Assembly (NCBI GenBank): GCA_000146465.1 | Contig: CP001944.1 | Direction: 5' to 3' (one strand) | DNA length: 64,000 nt | Shown here: positions 53,235-63,964 of the stretch, in pieces | Layout of the letters: each line of letters opens with the position of its first letter | Numbering within the stretch: the stretch's first letter is position 1 | Program-made: the position numbers and the translations under genes | Notes under the pieces: generated by a model | Database searches by the model: none | Told to the model about the DNA's origin: nothing | The model's input: only the letters and a program-made list of their open reading frames with translations

Positions 53235-54035
53235 ATGAACAAAGAACTCGAAGACGTAGTTTCCTCTATAAAGTCCAAACTCCAAGCACTAACGAGCAAC
53301 AAAAAGGGAGACTCGGGGACAGTGCTTATAATAGGAGGAAGCAGACTCTACACAGGGGCACCTTACTTTGTCTCTTTAGCAGCGTTCTATACTGGATGTG
53401 AGCTAGTATATGTATTCTCCGAGGAAGAGTCCATCATTCCTTTGAAAATATTGCTCCCCGAATCTATAGTTTGTGGCATTGAGTATCAGGAGTGGCTCCT
53501 TGAAAAGGTTTCTGCGTGTGTAATTGGCCCTGGACTTGGGAGGCCATCGGAGGAAACACAAGAAGAAATAAGAAAGATACTACTACACCTAAGCCGAAGA
53601 AATGTTCCTGTGGTTGTAGATGGAGATGGAATAAGGTTGGCGGAGAAACTTGGAATCGAAAATTTTGGAACTGTCATCATTACACCCAACATCAACGAGC
53701 GAAAACATGTCGAAAAGATTGAAAAAAGATTTTTCTATGTTCTGAAAGGCTCTACCGATGTGATCTTGTGGTCAGGTAGGGAAATAAAAATCGAAGACGA
53801 AGGATGTCCAAAGAGAATAGGAGGACAGGGAGACATCCTAGCAGGCACTATAGCATCACTTGTTTCAAAGTGTAAGGCACCTGCTATGGAGATAGATGTA
53901 CTTGGATCTATATTACTTGGATGTATGATGGTTAGAAAAGCAGGAAGACTTGCATATCAAAAGTACAAGAGAGGTTTAATAACCAGAGATATACTGGAAG
54001 AGCTCAAAACCATCTTTAAAATTGAGTTTGAGTAA
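53235..54035 (+). CDS. ATP-dependent NAD(P)H-hydrate dehydratase (YjeF-C/Nnr2 family).
   Basis: GTVLIIGGSRLYTGAPYFVSLAAFYTGCELVYVF, IGPGLGR, VVDGDGI and GGQGDILAGTIASL match the YjeF C-terminal carbohydrate-kinase fold. Confidence 0.8.
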   Translation: MNKELEDVVSSIKSKLQALTSNKKGDSGTVLIIGGSRLYTGAPYFVSLAAFYTGCELVYVFSEEESIIPLKILLPESIVCGIEYQEWLLEKVSACVIGPGLGRPSEETQEEIRKILLHLSRRNVPVVVDGDGIRLAEKLGIENFGTVIITPNINERKHVEKIEKRFFYVLKGSTDVILWSGREIKIEDEGCPKRIGGQGDILAGTIASLVSKCKAPAMEIDVLGSILLGCMMVRKAGRLAYQKYKRGLITRDILEELKTIFKIEFE

Positions 54036-54423
54036 TTATCTATGGGCCTTTCTTCAAACGAAGGGCTTCTCCCTTAGTAAGCTATTTGTTGTTCGAATAA
54101 TAGTACTAGATTAGATATTATATGATCAAAATATATTACAATTATAAGGTATGAAAATATTTTAGATCTAAATTTTTCCATATAGCGATTTCAAAATAGA
54201 TTATTTTCTAAGTGCAATAAATTGAAAATATCATGGCCACAAGTTATACAGGGATGATATATTGAACAGAATTGTCCTTAATTTCCAGGGTATAATAGTC
54301 ATCTTATTTATTCTGGTCATTAATATAGTATTACTTTTAAATATATCAACAGTGTTTGACATATATTGAAAAGGTGCATTAATTCAACATAAAACGTTAA
54401 AAGAGGATTCAAACAACTTAAAA

Positions 54424-54708
54424 ATGAAAGGAAGATACAAGTTGAGCAAAAAGTCAAGATTATCGAGGGCTCAAAGAGATTTTCTTAATGCTTACTTCGA
54501 AATGAATCCAAATCCAAATGCTCAGGAGAGGGAATCCATTGCATCCCAATCGCTGATATCCAAAGAAAAGGTTAGAAACTGGTTTCAAAACAGAAGATCC
54601 AAAGAAAGAGGAGACGATAAGGTATCTTCTTGTCTGAGCATTTCCGATGCAAATTTTACCGAAACCGGAGTTCATCCGATGTCAAATGACCTTTATATTC
54701 GGAGGTAG
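54424..54708 (+). CDS. Minimal homeobox protein, 94 aa.
   Basis: Homeodomain KKSRLSRAQRDFLNAYFEMNPNPNAQERESIASQSLISKEKVRNWFQNRRSKER. It is preceded by a 388-bp AT-rich gap. Confidence 0.8.
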   Translation: MKGRYKLSKKSRLSRAQRDFLNAYFEMNPNPNAQERESIASQSLISKEKVRNWFQNRRSKERGDDKVSSCLSISDANFTETGVHPMSNDLYIRR

Positions 54709-54839
54709 CTTGATAGATCATGTCTGTATGAGGTTGTGTTTCAATAAATATTGGTTTATTTGTTTTCTGGAGAAGGCTTTCGTCTTAAATACCGGTGAGA
54801 AATTTCGCAAGCAGCCAAGTAAGTAATAGTGGGCTGTTC

Positions 54840-56381
54840 TTATTTGGGCTTTCCGGCGGGAGTAAGCGAAACATGTGTCCGAGAGTCTATTCTTTTTATC
54901 AAGGATTCGGCCAGGTCTCCGATCCTAACGTTTCTCATAAGTGCAGACTTCACTTCGTTTTCACACAGAATTTTGTTCTCAACAAGATACATTACTCCAT
55001 CCTCCAATCCTTCAAAAGAATCCACTCTTTCCAAGGAATACTTTATCTCCTTAGGAATGTTGTATTTGATCGACATCAGGAAATATGCCTCCATCACATT
55101 TTGATCATACATAGATGCCTTCTTGAGGCTAATAAGACCGTTCTTGATGTCCTGGAGCTGGATTCTGCACATGGCTAGGTTCCTCAGAAATACTGCATTT
55201 CTTTGATCATCGGCCACCAGTCTTTCATATACTACTTCTGCTTCCGAAAACCTTTTGGCAGATGTAAGAGCAGATGCATATAAAAACTGTATTTCAGTAT
55301 TCCATGGGACTATTTCAAGCGCCTTTTTAAAAGAAATTATTGCTTTTTCGGTGTCTCCGGCTTTAAGAAAGTAAACTCCTTTTGCTCTTAATGGTTCGTA
55401 CGAGTGGTATATGCTGAGAGCCCTATCAAAATAATTCTCCTCTCCGGTTATGATCCCAAGAATTATGTTCATATTGCACAGTCTCACCTTTGACTCGTGG
55501 CTTGTGGGATCACCGATACTTCTTACTTCCTCGAGAGCCCTTTCTACAGCCTCATCATTTCTATTAAGTTTTACTAGACAATTGATGATCTTTGTATTAC
55601 ACCTATATTTCTGAAAGTATACAAGAGCTTTTGAATATGCAGAGCAGTTGTAATAGGCATCACCTAGAAGCTTTTCCCACTCACTATGAAACACAAATGG
55701 GATTTCAAATATTGAGTCTGTTATTCTTTCATGGGTAAACTCCAAGTCGTATGGTTCTAGATTGAGCATCATGAGGTAATAGTGTGCTGTCATCTTCACT
55801 ACTTCGCTTTTTTCATTCCATGGAAACAGCACTCTGTCTATGTACGCTTGGACTTTCAACCTTCTGAGATCCGGGCAAATTTCCGTATTAAAGACCCTTA
55901 TCATTTCCACCAAAAGTATAGACTGTTCTCCCACGCTTAGGCTCGGAACAATTTCGTTTTCAAACTTGTATTTTTCGGTGCTATAGACATGTTTCTTTTC
56001 GTTGCTTGTGCCATTACATCTCACAATCAGTATGGAATTTCCATAAGCCCCTTCATTTGTAGGGACACATCCAACCAGTTCGTACCGGAAACCATACATA
56101 GAAAGATCAATTTTCTCGTATTCTTTAAACGACAGCATCATGCATGCTCTTTCCAAACCGCTCAATTCCCTAGGTATACAAAACGGCTGGGGATCCTTGA
56201 GACATAAGTTCATCATATAGTTCAAGCGGCTCTTCTCAATTTCATTGGCTGGTTTAGCATTCTGCAGGAGATCTAGAAGTACAATTCCACTCTTGAAAGC
56301 TCCGGAATTCTCTAGACTCGGCATTTCCGAACAGTAGGCCGAAAATACATTTGATGCAATAAACGTCCTTAAATCTTCCAT
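54840..56381 (-). CDS. TPR-repeat protein, possibly an APC/C subunit (Cdc16/Cdc23-like).
   Basis: Several TPR-like units (YFLKAGDTEKAIISFKKALEIVPWNTEIQFLYASAL...). The family assignment is tentative. First ATG at 56381; the track starts at TTG 56429. Confidence 0.55.
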   Translation of the reverse strand: MEDLRTFIASNVFSAYCSEMPSLENSGAFKSGIVLLDLLQNAKPANEIEKSRLNYMMNLCLKDPQPFCIPRELSGLERACMMLSFKEYEKIDLSMYGFRYELVGCVPTNEGAYGNSILIVRCNGTSNEKKHVYSTEKYKFENEIVPSLSVGEQSILLVEMIRVFNTEICPDLRRLKVQAYIDRVLFPWNEKSEVVKMTAHYYLMMLNLEPYDLEFTHERITDSIFEIPFVFHSEWEKLLGDAYYNCSAYSKALVYFQKYRCNTKIINCLVKLNRNDEAVERALEEVRSIGDPTSHESKVRLCNMNIILGIITGEENYFDRALSIYHSYEPLRAKGVYFLKAGDTEKAIISFKKALEIVPWNTEIQFLYASALTSAKRFSEAEVVYERLVADDQRNAVFLRNLAMCRIQLQDIKNGLISLKKASMYDQNVMEAYFLMSIKYNIPKEIKYSLERVDSFEGLEDGVMYLVENKILCENEVKSALMRNVRIGDLAESLIKRIDSRTHVSLTPAGKPK

Positions 56382-56451
56382 TAGATATCGGGGATGAAAA
56401 GACGTACAAAATAGACATAAAGAGTCCAAAGCCCATATTTAATTCTAGGTC

Positions 56452-58488
56452 TTACTGGAAAGAGACGTCGGGCTCGTCAAGGAGAGAGAGAAGTTGTTTG
56501 ATTGACATGGGCTCTTCGTAACATATGTCGGAGAAGCAAGGATTCTGATTGCATAAGATCTCATAATCGGGAAACCCAATTTTTTCAACTTCATATGAAG
56601 ACTGGAAACATTCATAGATACCACATTCCTTCATGACCTCAATCGAGCTTGTAGTACCAAACACAAACATCTTCTTTTTGCTCTCTTCCTTGATGAATAT
56701 CTTCAGTGCTTGCAATACGGCGTTACTAAACCTAGGTCCTATGTTTACAAAGTCAATAAGTCCTTCAATATCGTCCAGGATTACTATGGCCTCTTCAGAC
56801 TTATATGCATCCATAAACTTCCCTTTTATATAGTTCACCTTCTCGTACTCGCTTAGTCCTATGATGTCTCTTGGCGAAATAATCTTTATAAACGGAAACA
56901 TCGAAGATCTTGCTGCTTTCACAGCTAGCGTTGTTTTACCTGTTCCTGGAAATCCATGGAACAGCAGAGAAGATGTGGAGTAAAGATTTGTCTTTCTTAG
57001 CTTTTGAAGGAGATTCTTGCCATGTTCGATTCCCTGGGTGAATATAGGAGTCTCGTAAAAGGTCTTTTCGAATCTGTAGAAATCCTGCTCGTTTATCCCG
57101 AAGGAAGGCTTAACCTCATCGAGTGCTTGAATAAAGTCATTCATATAGACCTTGATATTCTTGTCTCCGACAACACTCATTCTTTCTTTATCGTCCTTCT
57201 CTCCATGGACCTTTCTCTCCAAAGCAAAGGAGACAGCACTCTTTACAACTGCTGTTATCTCCGCTCCTGTATAGTTTTTCGAAAGTTTGGCTATTTTGTT
57301 TAAGTCAACGCTTTTGTCCAGGTAGTCGTGGCTTTCCATCGTTTTTGTATGTATCCTAAAGATTTCAATTCTGGATTCTTCGTCAGGAAGGGAAATCTCC
57401 AGATGAATCTCAAATCTCCCTGGCCTGAGTAGAGCCTCGTCAATCAGGTCCAGCCTATTAGTCATCCCGATAACCAGGATGTTTTCTATCGACTCCACTC
57501 CATCCATCTTACTAAGAAGTTGATTGACTACTTGGTCTCCAACTCCTGCTCCACTGCTGTTTCCTCTTCTTCTACAGATCGCGTCAATCTCATCGAATAT
57601 TATGATATGAAGATTGCTGTCCTCCTTCTTTACTTTCCATTCCTCTTCAGCATCCTTAAACAAGTTCCTAATGTTTTCTTCGCTCTGCCCAACATATTTG
57701 TTGAGAATTTCCGGGCCATTTACTATCTTTGGTGGCCTGGCATTGAGAAGAGATCCAAGTTTCCTTGCAATTAATGTCTTTCCTGTCCCTGGAGGCCCGT
57801 ACAGGATTATTCCCTTTACATGAGGTATTCCAAACTTTTTGATCACATCTGAGTCAAATGCCCTTTGTACAAATGCTCTCCTGAACATCTTTCCAAACTC
57901 CTGCTTTAGTCCTCCAATCCCAAGAGATTCAAAGTTGAAGTTTGGATCCAACAGCATGTTTTCTCTAGAGTTGTTTGACAAAACCAGCCTCTCCGAGACA
58001 GAGTTGATAAAAACTTCCGTGTTCTTCAGAAGAATTCCATACCTCTTATCCAGAGCAGTGAACATCTCCCGAACAAACACCTTAAATCCTAGGTCTCCAA
58101 TGTACAAGTAAAACTTTTGATCGATGTTAAATGGAAAGGATACATAAATGTTCTTGAACTTCTCAACAAGCTCTTTTGCATCGAGATCAACCTTTTCCAG
58201 ATTGATGATCTCTATGTCGAGCTTTAAGAGAGAGATTGGATCGCATTCAACAACATTCAGGTGTTTGACACTTATCTCATCTTTCCCAACACTTTTGTTT
58301 AGAAATTCCCTTTGAATCTTGCTCAGCTGGGCATTGCATCCATCGGTAAAGTCAAACTTAAAGGCATACTTACTGTCCACCAATATAAACTCTGAAGGAT
58401 CTAGCCCAGATGTCCTTGGGATGTATATCTTATTTATTTTTCCCCTTTCCACCTGTTCAATCTTGATGCTCCCTACAACATATTTCAT
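56452..58488 (-). CDS. SEC18: N-ethylmaleimide-sensitive factor (NSF/Sec18), a double-AAA ATPase.
   Basis: D1 domain [59 protein letters not shown] matches NSF closely. A second AAA domain (FHGFPGTGKTTLA) and an N-terminal substrate domain are present. Confidence 0.9.
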   Translation of the reverse strand: MKYVVGSIKIEQVERGKINKIYIPRTSGLDPSEFILVDSKYAFKFDFTDGCNAQLSKIQREFLNKSVGKDEISVKHLNVVECDPISLLKLDIEIINLEKVDLDAKELVEKFKNIYVSFPFNIDQKFYLYIGDLGFKVFVREMFTALDKRYGILLKNTEVFINSVSERLVLSNNSRENMLLDPNFNFESLGIGGLKQEFGKMFRRAFVQRAFDSDVIKKFGIPHVKGIILYGPPGTGKTLIARKLGSLLNARPPKIVNGPEILNKYVGQSEENIRNLFKDAEEEWKVKKEDSNLHIIIFDEIDAICRRRGNSSGAGVGDQVVNQLLSKMDGVESIENILVIGMTNRLDLIDEALLRPGRFEIHLEISLPDEESRIEIFRIHTKTMESHDYLDKSVDLNKIAKLSKNYTGAEITAVVKSAVSFALERKVHGEKDDKERMSVVGDKNIKVYMNDFIQALDEVKPSFGINEQDFYRFEKTFYETPIFTQGIEHGKNLLQKLRKTNLYSTSSLLFHGFPGTGKTTLAVKAARSSMFPFIKIISPRDIIGLSEYEKVNYIKGKFMDAYKSEEAIVILDDIEGLIDFVNIGPRFSNAVLQALKIFIKEESKKKMFVFGTTSSIEVMKECGIYECFQSSYEVEKIGFPDYEILCNQNPCFSDICYEEPMSIKQLLSLLDEPDVSFQ

Positions 58489-58551
58489 ACAATAGGGTCT
58501 GCCTCTCTCTGTTTACAAAACAGCTTACAACATTGGCTTATTTCTCGGAAG

Positions 58552-60426
58552 TTAAAGATACAGAAAAATCAGGAAGGCCGGGCCCCCGATTAGAGTTAAT
58601 AGAAACAGGATATCCATTCCGTCCTTGCCATCGCATATTCCCTCTAATGCACATACACACCATTTTGGAGGCATCTCAGACCGGTTCTGCGGCCCTGCCT
58701 CTGTAATTTCCCGAATAGATTCAACTACGGAGTCCTTGTCAGCACTCAACCAAAACAGAAAGGCTCTTTCGTTAACATAAATATCCACCATGTCTTTTCG
58801 CTCCGAAAACTCTAACAGACCTGTAATGTTTTCCAAGAGCCTGCTCATCATCTTTATGTAGCTAAAAAACATACCTTTCTCAACCTTTCTTTTCGTCAAG
58901 TGATCGAAGTCGTCATACACAAATAATATCTTGTTAAATAAGTTTGAGAACACAGACATCTTTGCATTAACTCTTGTGTCCATCATGGATTTGACGTACA
59001 GCCTTAAAATCTCTGCGATATATTCACTCTCTTTCAAGATAGCCCCTAGCTGGCTTTCAAGACCATTAGCCTTGGATACTACTTCAAGCCTTGTAACTCC
59101 TCCAATGTGCGTTGACGTGAAGCTACATCCTTTGATAGACCCTGACTTGCAGCTTCTATCAAGCATTTGTCCATTGAGAAGGAACGGAACACTTGATAGA
59201 GTCACTACTATAAGGCCCACAGACACAATAGGCTTTAGAATGGAAGTGATGGCTTCAAGCCTTGCCAGGGCTGCAAGAAATAAAACCAGGCAGAGAACCA
59301 TCTGGACTCCAAGAAAAAACATTATTTTGTTTTCGTATCGGATTACTGGACGTATGTCTCCGCCACCAGTGTTTTCGCTGTCTTGATAATTCCTTGCTAG
59401 CGTCGAAAGGTAGTTTAGAATCTCCTGGCTGGCCCTAGCATTTGGAAGATTAGAAAAATATTTCTTGATTTCCATCCTTAGCTCGTTTAAAGATATATTC
59501 AAATACCTTGTAGAAGCATTGAATTCAACCATTTCATCTTCAATTTTCTCTGCTTCCTTCATAAATAACTTAAACACGTTAGTAAACTCCTCTAGGATTC
59601 TCTCTACTTGTATTTCAATGTTCCTTAGATTCAAGACATGCCTCTTCAAATTTTCATCATTTTCTGCCTTGAACTGGAAAATTTTCATAAGATTCCCAAG
59701 AAAGACTTTTCTCTTTTCGCCATTTCCGGCATTTCTATTAATTGTTGACTGTCCTTGAGCCTTGAACACCATGGAAACCTGGTGGCCTCCCCCGGAAACA
59801 CCTTCCGAGTAAGTCCTTTCTTTTACCGAAGATTTTTTTTCTACAGGAATGCTAGGACTTTTCCTCTCCAGAGTCGCAAGAGTGGTTTTTTTTCTGATAT
59901 CTCGTCCCTTAGTGCTAGGATTTTCCTCTTTCTGTCTTTCTTCTTCTGTCCCAAGATTTTTATACAAAGCCAGATGAGATGCTGTAGATTCCTTTTCAGA
60001 GTGTCCCGTAAGGCTTATGTGAGAGAGAAGATTAGAAAGATGGCTCCTTTCAAAGGAATCCCTGAACTTAACTCGCCAAGGATTTCCCCATGCACTCCAG
60101 AACCATGTACTGGAATTTGAGTTGGGCAGGGATTTACCAAGCATTCTATTAGCCTCTATGACCTTTTGCAGATTGTACGAGCAGAATATAAGGAGAAACC
60201 CAATGGTGTATAAAAGAACATTACCTCCATCTCTAGAGCTCCTGAAGAATATCAAAGCAAGGCCAAAGCACGTTATCAACAGTAGGAGAAACAGGTATAT
60301 ATCAAACCTTAAATTTGTTTTTGTCTCTTGAATGAACAACCGGAATGGGGATTGCTGAGGCGGCCTTAGCAAGGGTTCTTTAAGTATAAGAAGCCTTAGC
60401 CTAGATGCTAGAAACATTTCTCCCAT
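58552..60426 (-). CDS. Hypothetical membrane protein with central coiled-coil, 624 aa.
   Basis: ATG start. N-terminal and C-terminal hydrophobic segments flank a charged helical middle. No family recognised. Confidence 0.5.
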   Translation of the reverse strand: MGEMFLASRLRLLILKEPLLRPPQQSPFRLFIQETKTNLRFDIYLFLLLLITCFGLALIFFRSSRDGGNVLLYTIGFLLIFCSYNLQKVIEANRMLGKSLPNSNSSTWFWSAWGNPWRVKFRDSFERSHLSNLLSHISLTGHSEKESTASHLALYKNLGTEEERQKEENPSTKGRDIRKKTTLATLERKSPSIPVEKKSSVKERTYSEGVSGGGHQVSMVFKAQGQSTINRNAGNGEKRKVFLGNLMKIFQFKAENDENLKRHVLNLRNIEIQVERILEEFTNVFKLFMKEAEKIEDEMVEFNASTRYLNISLNELRMEIKKYFSNLPNARASQEILNYLSTLARNYQDSENTGGGDIRPVIRYENKIMFFLGVQMVLCLVLFLAALARLEAITSILKPIVSVGLIVVTLSSVPFLLNGQMLDRSCKSGSIKGCSFTSTHIGGVTRLEVVSKANGLESQLGAILKESEYIAEILRLYVKSMMDTRVNAKMSVFSNLFNKILFVYDDFDHLTKRKVEKGMFFSYIKMMSRLLENITGLLEFSERKDMVDIYVNERAFLFWLSADKDSVVESIREITEAGPQNRSEMPPKWCVCALEGICDGKDGMDILFLLTLIGGPAFLIFLYL

Positions 60427-60542
60427 CAGAACACATAGTTTTATCCTTCTCCTGAAGCACCTGTTTCATGAATCCGGTTGTATCATATCCCATCTAAGTC
60501 TTTCCAATTTTTAAGAATAAAAGAAAGGAAAACAAGAGGGGT

Positions 60543-61148
60543 ATGGACTCCGAATGTAAATACCTATTCAAGATAATCTTGATTGGGAATAGTGGAGTTG
60601 GAAAAACCTGCCTCATGAAGAGATACACGGACGAGACATATAGCTTTACTCAATCCAGCACAATAGGTGTTGATTTCAAAATAAAGTCTCTTGAGGTTGA
60701 GGGGGAGAGAGTGAAGCTTCAGATATGGGATACGGCAGGACAGGAAAGATTCAGAGCAATTATATCCAATTATTATCGAGGAGCACATGGGATTATAATA
60801 GTGTTTGATATGGGAAGTAAGGAGTCGTTTAATAATCTCGGAGATTGGCTAAGTGAGGTTAGAAAGAATACAAATGAAAATGTTGAGATAATTATTCTGG
60901 GAAATAAGGTCGATGATAAGGAAAAAATTGTGATTACTGAAGAAGAAATAGAAAGGTTTCTGGGGGAAAACAACATTGAAAAGTCGTCGTTTTATATGAC
61001 AAGTGCAAAGGATAACATTTGTGTCAACGATAGCTTTGAATATCTAACGAGAAAACTTATTGATAAATACAAGAAAATAGGTTTTGGCACTGGAAAGGAG
61101 TCTTTCAAGCTTAATGTAGGAGATCCAAAAAAAACTTGTTGCCTGTGA
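60543..61148 (+). CDS. Rab-family small GTPase.
   Basis: GNSGVGKTC, effector TIGVDF, WDTAGQERF, GNKVD and a C-terminal CCL prenylation motif. Confidence 0.9.
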   Translation: MDSECKYLFKIILIGNSGVGKTCLMKRYTDETYSFTQSSTIGVDFKIKSLEVEGERVKLQIWDTAGQERFRAIISNYYRGAHGIIIVFDMGSKESFNNLGDWLSEVRKNTNENVEIIILGNKVDDKEKIVITEEEIERFLGENNIEKSSFYMTSAKDNICVNDSFEYLTRKLIDKYKKIGFGTGKESFKLNVGDPKKTCCL

Positions 61149-61169
61149 TTTAATTGATTAAAGCTCTTT

Positions 61170-62552
61170 TCAATTCACATTCCTCGAAGTTTTTATTCTT
61201 CTTAGATAATTGATGATCTCCTCAGGTTCTGACGTTCTATTAAGGAGTTGATATACAACACTTTCCTCAATGTAGAATCCTGTATCGGACTTTGGGATTC
61301 CTAGAGTTTCAGCCAGACACCTTGTATCTATGATAGGCTTGACGAGATAGCACTCTCCAATTTCTTGTTGTATAATGCTGTACACAACTCTTAGTCCATC
61401 CTCATACTTTTCATGATTGTCTTCAATGTATTCAATTGCAGAATATATCACTAACGATTCATACCATGTCTCCCCCATAAATCTCACTATCCTAATTAAG
61501 TCTTCATCTCCTATCTTCTTCATATCATATCCAGACAGAAAAACAAGACTCTCCTCGATCTTGTTTATCGTTTTGACAAATCTCCTAGAAGATGGAAGTG
61601 AAATCTTCATGATATAAGCATTTGAGAACAGCAGACTTTTCCCATTTGGAACAGTCGATCTGCTAAAGAAGCATAACACAGTGTATAGATTTAAAATCTC
61701 CCTTCTGTATGTCCTTCCCCACAAATTTGTGATCTTTTCTACAGTCTCGCAAAACATTAGACCTTTTTCGTAAGGTGTCTCCCTTTCCACAGGTGGCTTA
61801 AACACAGGACTTACATATCCTCTTCTAACTATCTCCAGGAGCCCGTACTGCCCTCTTGGATAGTGGAGAATTTTAAATATCTCTATGTGAATTCTTTCGT
61901 TGGAAACCTTCTTTCCAAGCGCTCTTTTGATTCTCTCGTCCATCAACGCCTCTTCGATCTTCCCGTCGATTTTGAATCCAAGCTTAGAATGAAATCTGAA
62001 GATTCTCACAAGCCTTAGAGGGTCATCAAAGAGGGTTGTCCTTGGATCTAGAGGTGTTATTAGAAGCTTGTTCTTTATGTCATCAATACCCCTCCCGGTG
62101 TAGTCTTCAACTTCCTTGGTAAACAGATTGTAGAATAGCGAGTTTATGGTTAGGTCTCTACGGAAAGCATCTTCCTGAGGAGTTCCCGGATTCACATTGG
62201 GAATCCTCGTTTCAGAATATGTTTCGTTCCTTAGATTTACAAAGTCAACACAGAATCCATTTATCCTTACAACTGCTGTTTCAAGATGCTTGGACTTTTC
62301 AGGGTTGTCCTTTATCACATGGACTTCTGTGAGTTTCTGGCCTGTCGAGGATTTCATTAGTCCTGCTGCAAACTTGTATCCGCTAATATTTTCCAACGCT
62401 ATATCCATGTCGAAGCTGGGATGGCCCATTATCTTATCTCTAACCCATCCTCCTGCAACTCTTGGAGTTACATTTCCAAACTCTTTGGCATGACTTCTTA
62501 TTAGGTTGAAGATATCCTCCTCGGCTTCTGTGCAATTTATCTGGACGCCCAT
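61170..62552 (-). CDS. CCA1: tRNA nucleotidyltransferase (CCA-adding enzyme).
   Basis: Class II nucleotidyltransferase head (RVAGGWVRDKIMGHPSFDMDIALEN, AFRRDLTINSLFYN, PLRLVRIFRF). ATG start. Confidence 0.85.
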   Translation of the reverse strand: MGVQINCTEAEEDIFNLIRSHAKEFGNVTPRVAGGWVRDKIMGHPSFDMDIALENISGYKFAAGLMKSSTGQKLTEVHVIKDNPEKSKHLETAVVRINGFCVDFVNLRNETYSETRIPNVNPGTPQEDAFRRDLTINSLFYNLFTKEVEDYTGRGIDDIKNKLLITPLDPRTTLFDDPLRLVRIFRFHSKLGFKIDGKIEEALMDERIKRALGKKVSNERIHIEIFKILHYPRGQYGLLEIVRRGYVSPVFKPPVERETPYEKGLMFCETVEKITNLWGRTYRREILNLYTVLCFFSRSTVPNGKSLLFSNAYIMKISLPSSRRFVKTINKIEESLVFLSGYDMKKIGDEDLIRIVRFMGETWYESLVIYSAIEYIEDNHEKYEDGLRVVYSIIQQEIGECYLVKPIIDTRCLAETLGIPKSDTGFYIEESVVYQLLNRTSEPEEIINYLRRIKTSRNVN

Positions 62553-62634
62553 GAGGGACCAAACAAAACACCTTAAATACAGATCGACCTCGCTTCGAGA
62601 GAAACAAAGATCAAAAAGTCATGAGAGCCAACCA

Positions 62635-63543
62635 CTACAATCCAAGCCCCAATCTTCCTTCTTGGGACTCTTCAAACTTAATAAAGAAGAGAATTAGAAA
62701 GTAGATACTTAGGTGGAATAGCGTATCTTCGGCCCTCCAAATCCGCTCGAGTCCCGTAAAGCTCCTTAAGATGATAAAATAGATATAGTTTGATATCTTG
62801 GTTGTATTATATGCAACTATCCCAAACCTCTGTATATAGTATGCGCTCAAGACCCTGAGTAGAAGAGAGGTGATCAAAAGAAGAATTGATTTGGAGGTGT
62901 TTTTTTCTATAAACACATGGATATCATTGTATCTCAATCCAGAGTCGACCAATATAATAAACGAATATATCCAGATGTAAAATGAGCTTGCCAGGAGAAA
63001 CTTTGGTAGTCCGCTTCGATTTGTCATACAAACCGTCATGAAGTCTGAAGAAACACTAAAGATTACATAAAGTGACAGGTAAATGATTCCAAAGAGAACG
63101 TCGAAGAATCCGTCATTGCTATATTGAACAGATTTATACACATTCATTAGAACTACCAGAACAAAACTGAAATTCCTTAAGATATTCTCCTTAGCTGTTC
63201 TTGACAGCATGAACATAAGCAGCACAGATAATGGATAGCATAGGCCCCTTGCAGCCATTGCTGTTTTCAAAGACGTCATTCCTGCGCCTCGATACCAAGA
63301 AGAATACTCTCCAAATGCAAATAGTCCGAGCGGAAGATATTCTGGTTGTATTTGGACGGCTTCTTTGAAAGTGGTGTTTTTAATTGCAAACGGAACGGAC
63401 ATCATTAAAACAATGAGAGACGACAGAAAATTTTCTATGGTAAGTATCACCATAAAATGGGCCTCCAGATGGTCTGAGGATAAATATAGCTGGAGAGCCC
63501 CCAAGAGAGACAGAATCTCTCCGATGTAGAGTTTCTTTTTCAT
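62635..63543 (-). CDS. Hypothetical multipass membrane protein, 302 aa.
   Basis: ATG-started ORF with 7-8 hydrophobic segments. Family not recognised; a lipid or GPI-pathway integral membrane enzyme is one possibility. Confidence 0.5.
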   Translation of the reverse strand: MKKKLYIGEILSLLGALQLYLSSDHLEAHFMVILTIENFLSSLIVLMMSVPFAIKNTTFKEAVQIQPEYLPLGLFAFGEYSSWYRGAGMTSLKTAMAARGLCYPLSVLLMFMLSRTAKENILRNFSFVLVVLMNVYKSVQYSNDGFFDVLFGIIYLSLYVIFSVSSDFMTVCMTNRSGLPKFLLASSFYIWIYSFIILVDSGLRYNDIHVFIEKNTSKSILLLITSLLLRVLSAYYIQRFGIVAYNTTKISNYIYFIILRSFTGLERIWRAEDTLFHLSIYFLILFFIKFEESQEGRLGLGL

Positions 63544-63926
63544 TTGGCAAAGGGGTGAAGTTTGAATTTATGGATGAAGAAAAGGGGTGTTCTCCCGGAT
63601 AGAGGAAAAACTTGTAGAGAGATAAGATATTGTTCCTAGGCAGAGAAGTGTCTAGGCATCACAATACATAGATGTTAATAACATCCTCGAAAAAAAGATT
63701 TTCAGGTGACACCGCGGAATACCTAAAAAGGAGATTTTATTGTGTATACGCCACAATAGAAAATAAATTGGATCAATTCTATATTAATCTGATAAAAAAG
63801 GGTATATTTAAAATAAATAGGGTATAAGTTTCATGGATTGTTTTAAGGAAAATCTTTAGAACGGATCTAACTATGTTATTTGTCGACCCAATTTTATCAA
63901 TCAAATTCGAAACAACAAACCTCCCT

Positions 63927-63934
63927 TCGATTTG
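63927..63934 (+). promoter_or_regulatory. TATA box (TATAAAAG) upstream of histone H3.
   Basis: A canonical TATAAAAG lies about 31-38 nt upstream of the H3 ATG. Confidence 0.45.
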
Positions 63935-63964
63935 GTTATAAAAGACTCAAAAATTTACCCCAAA

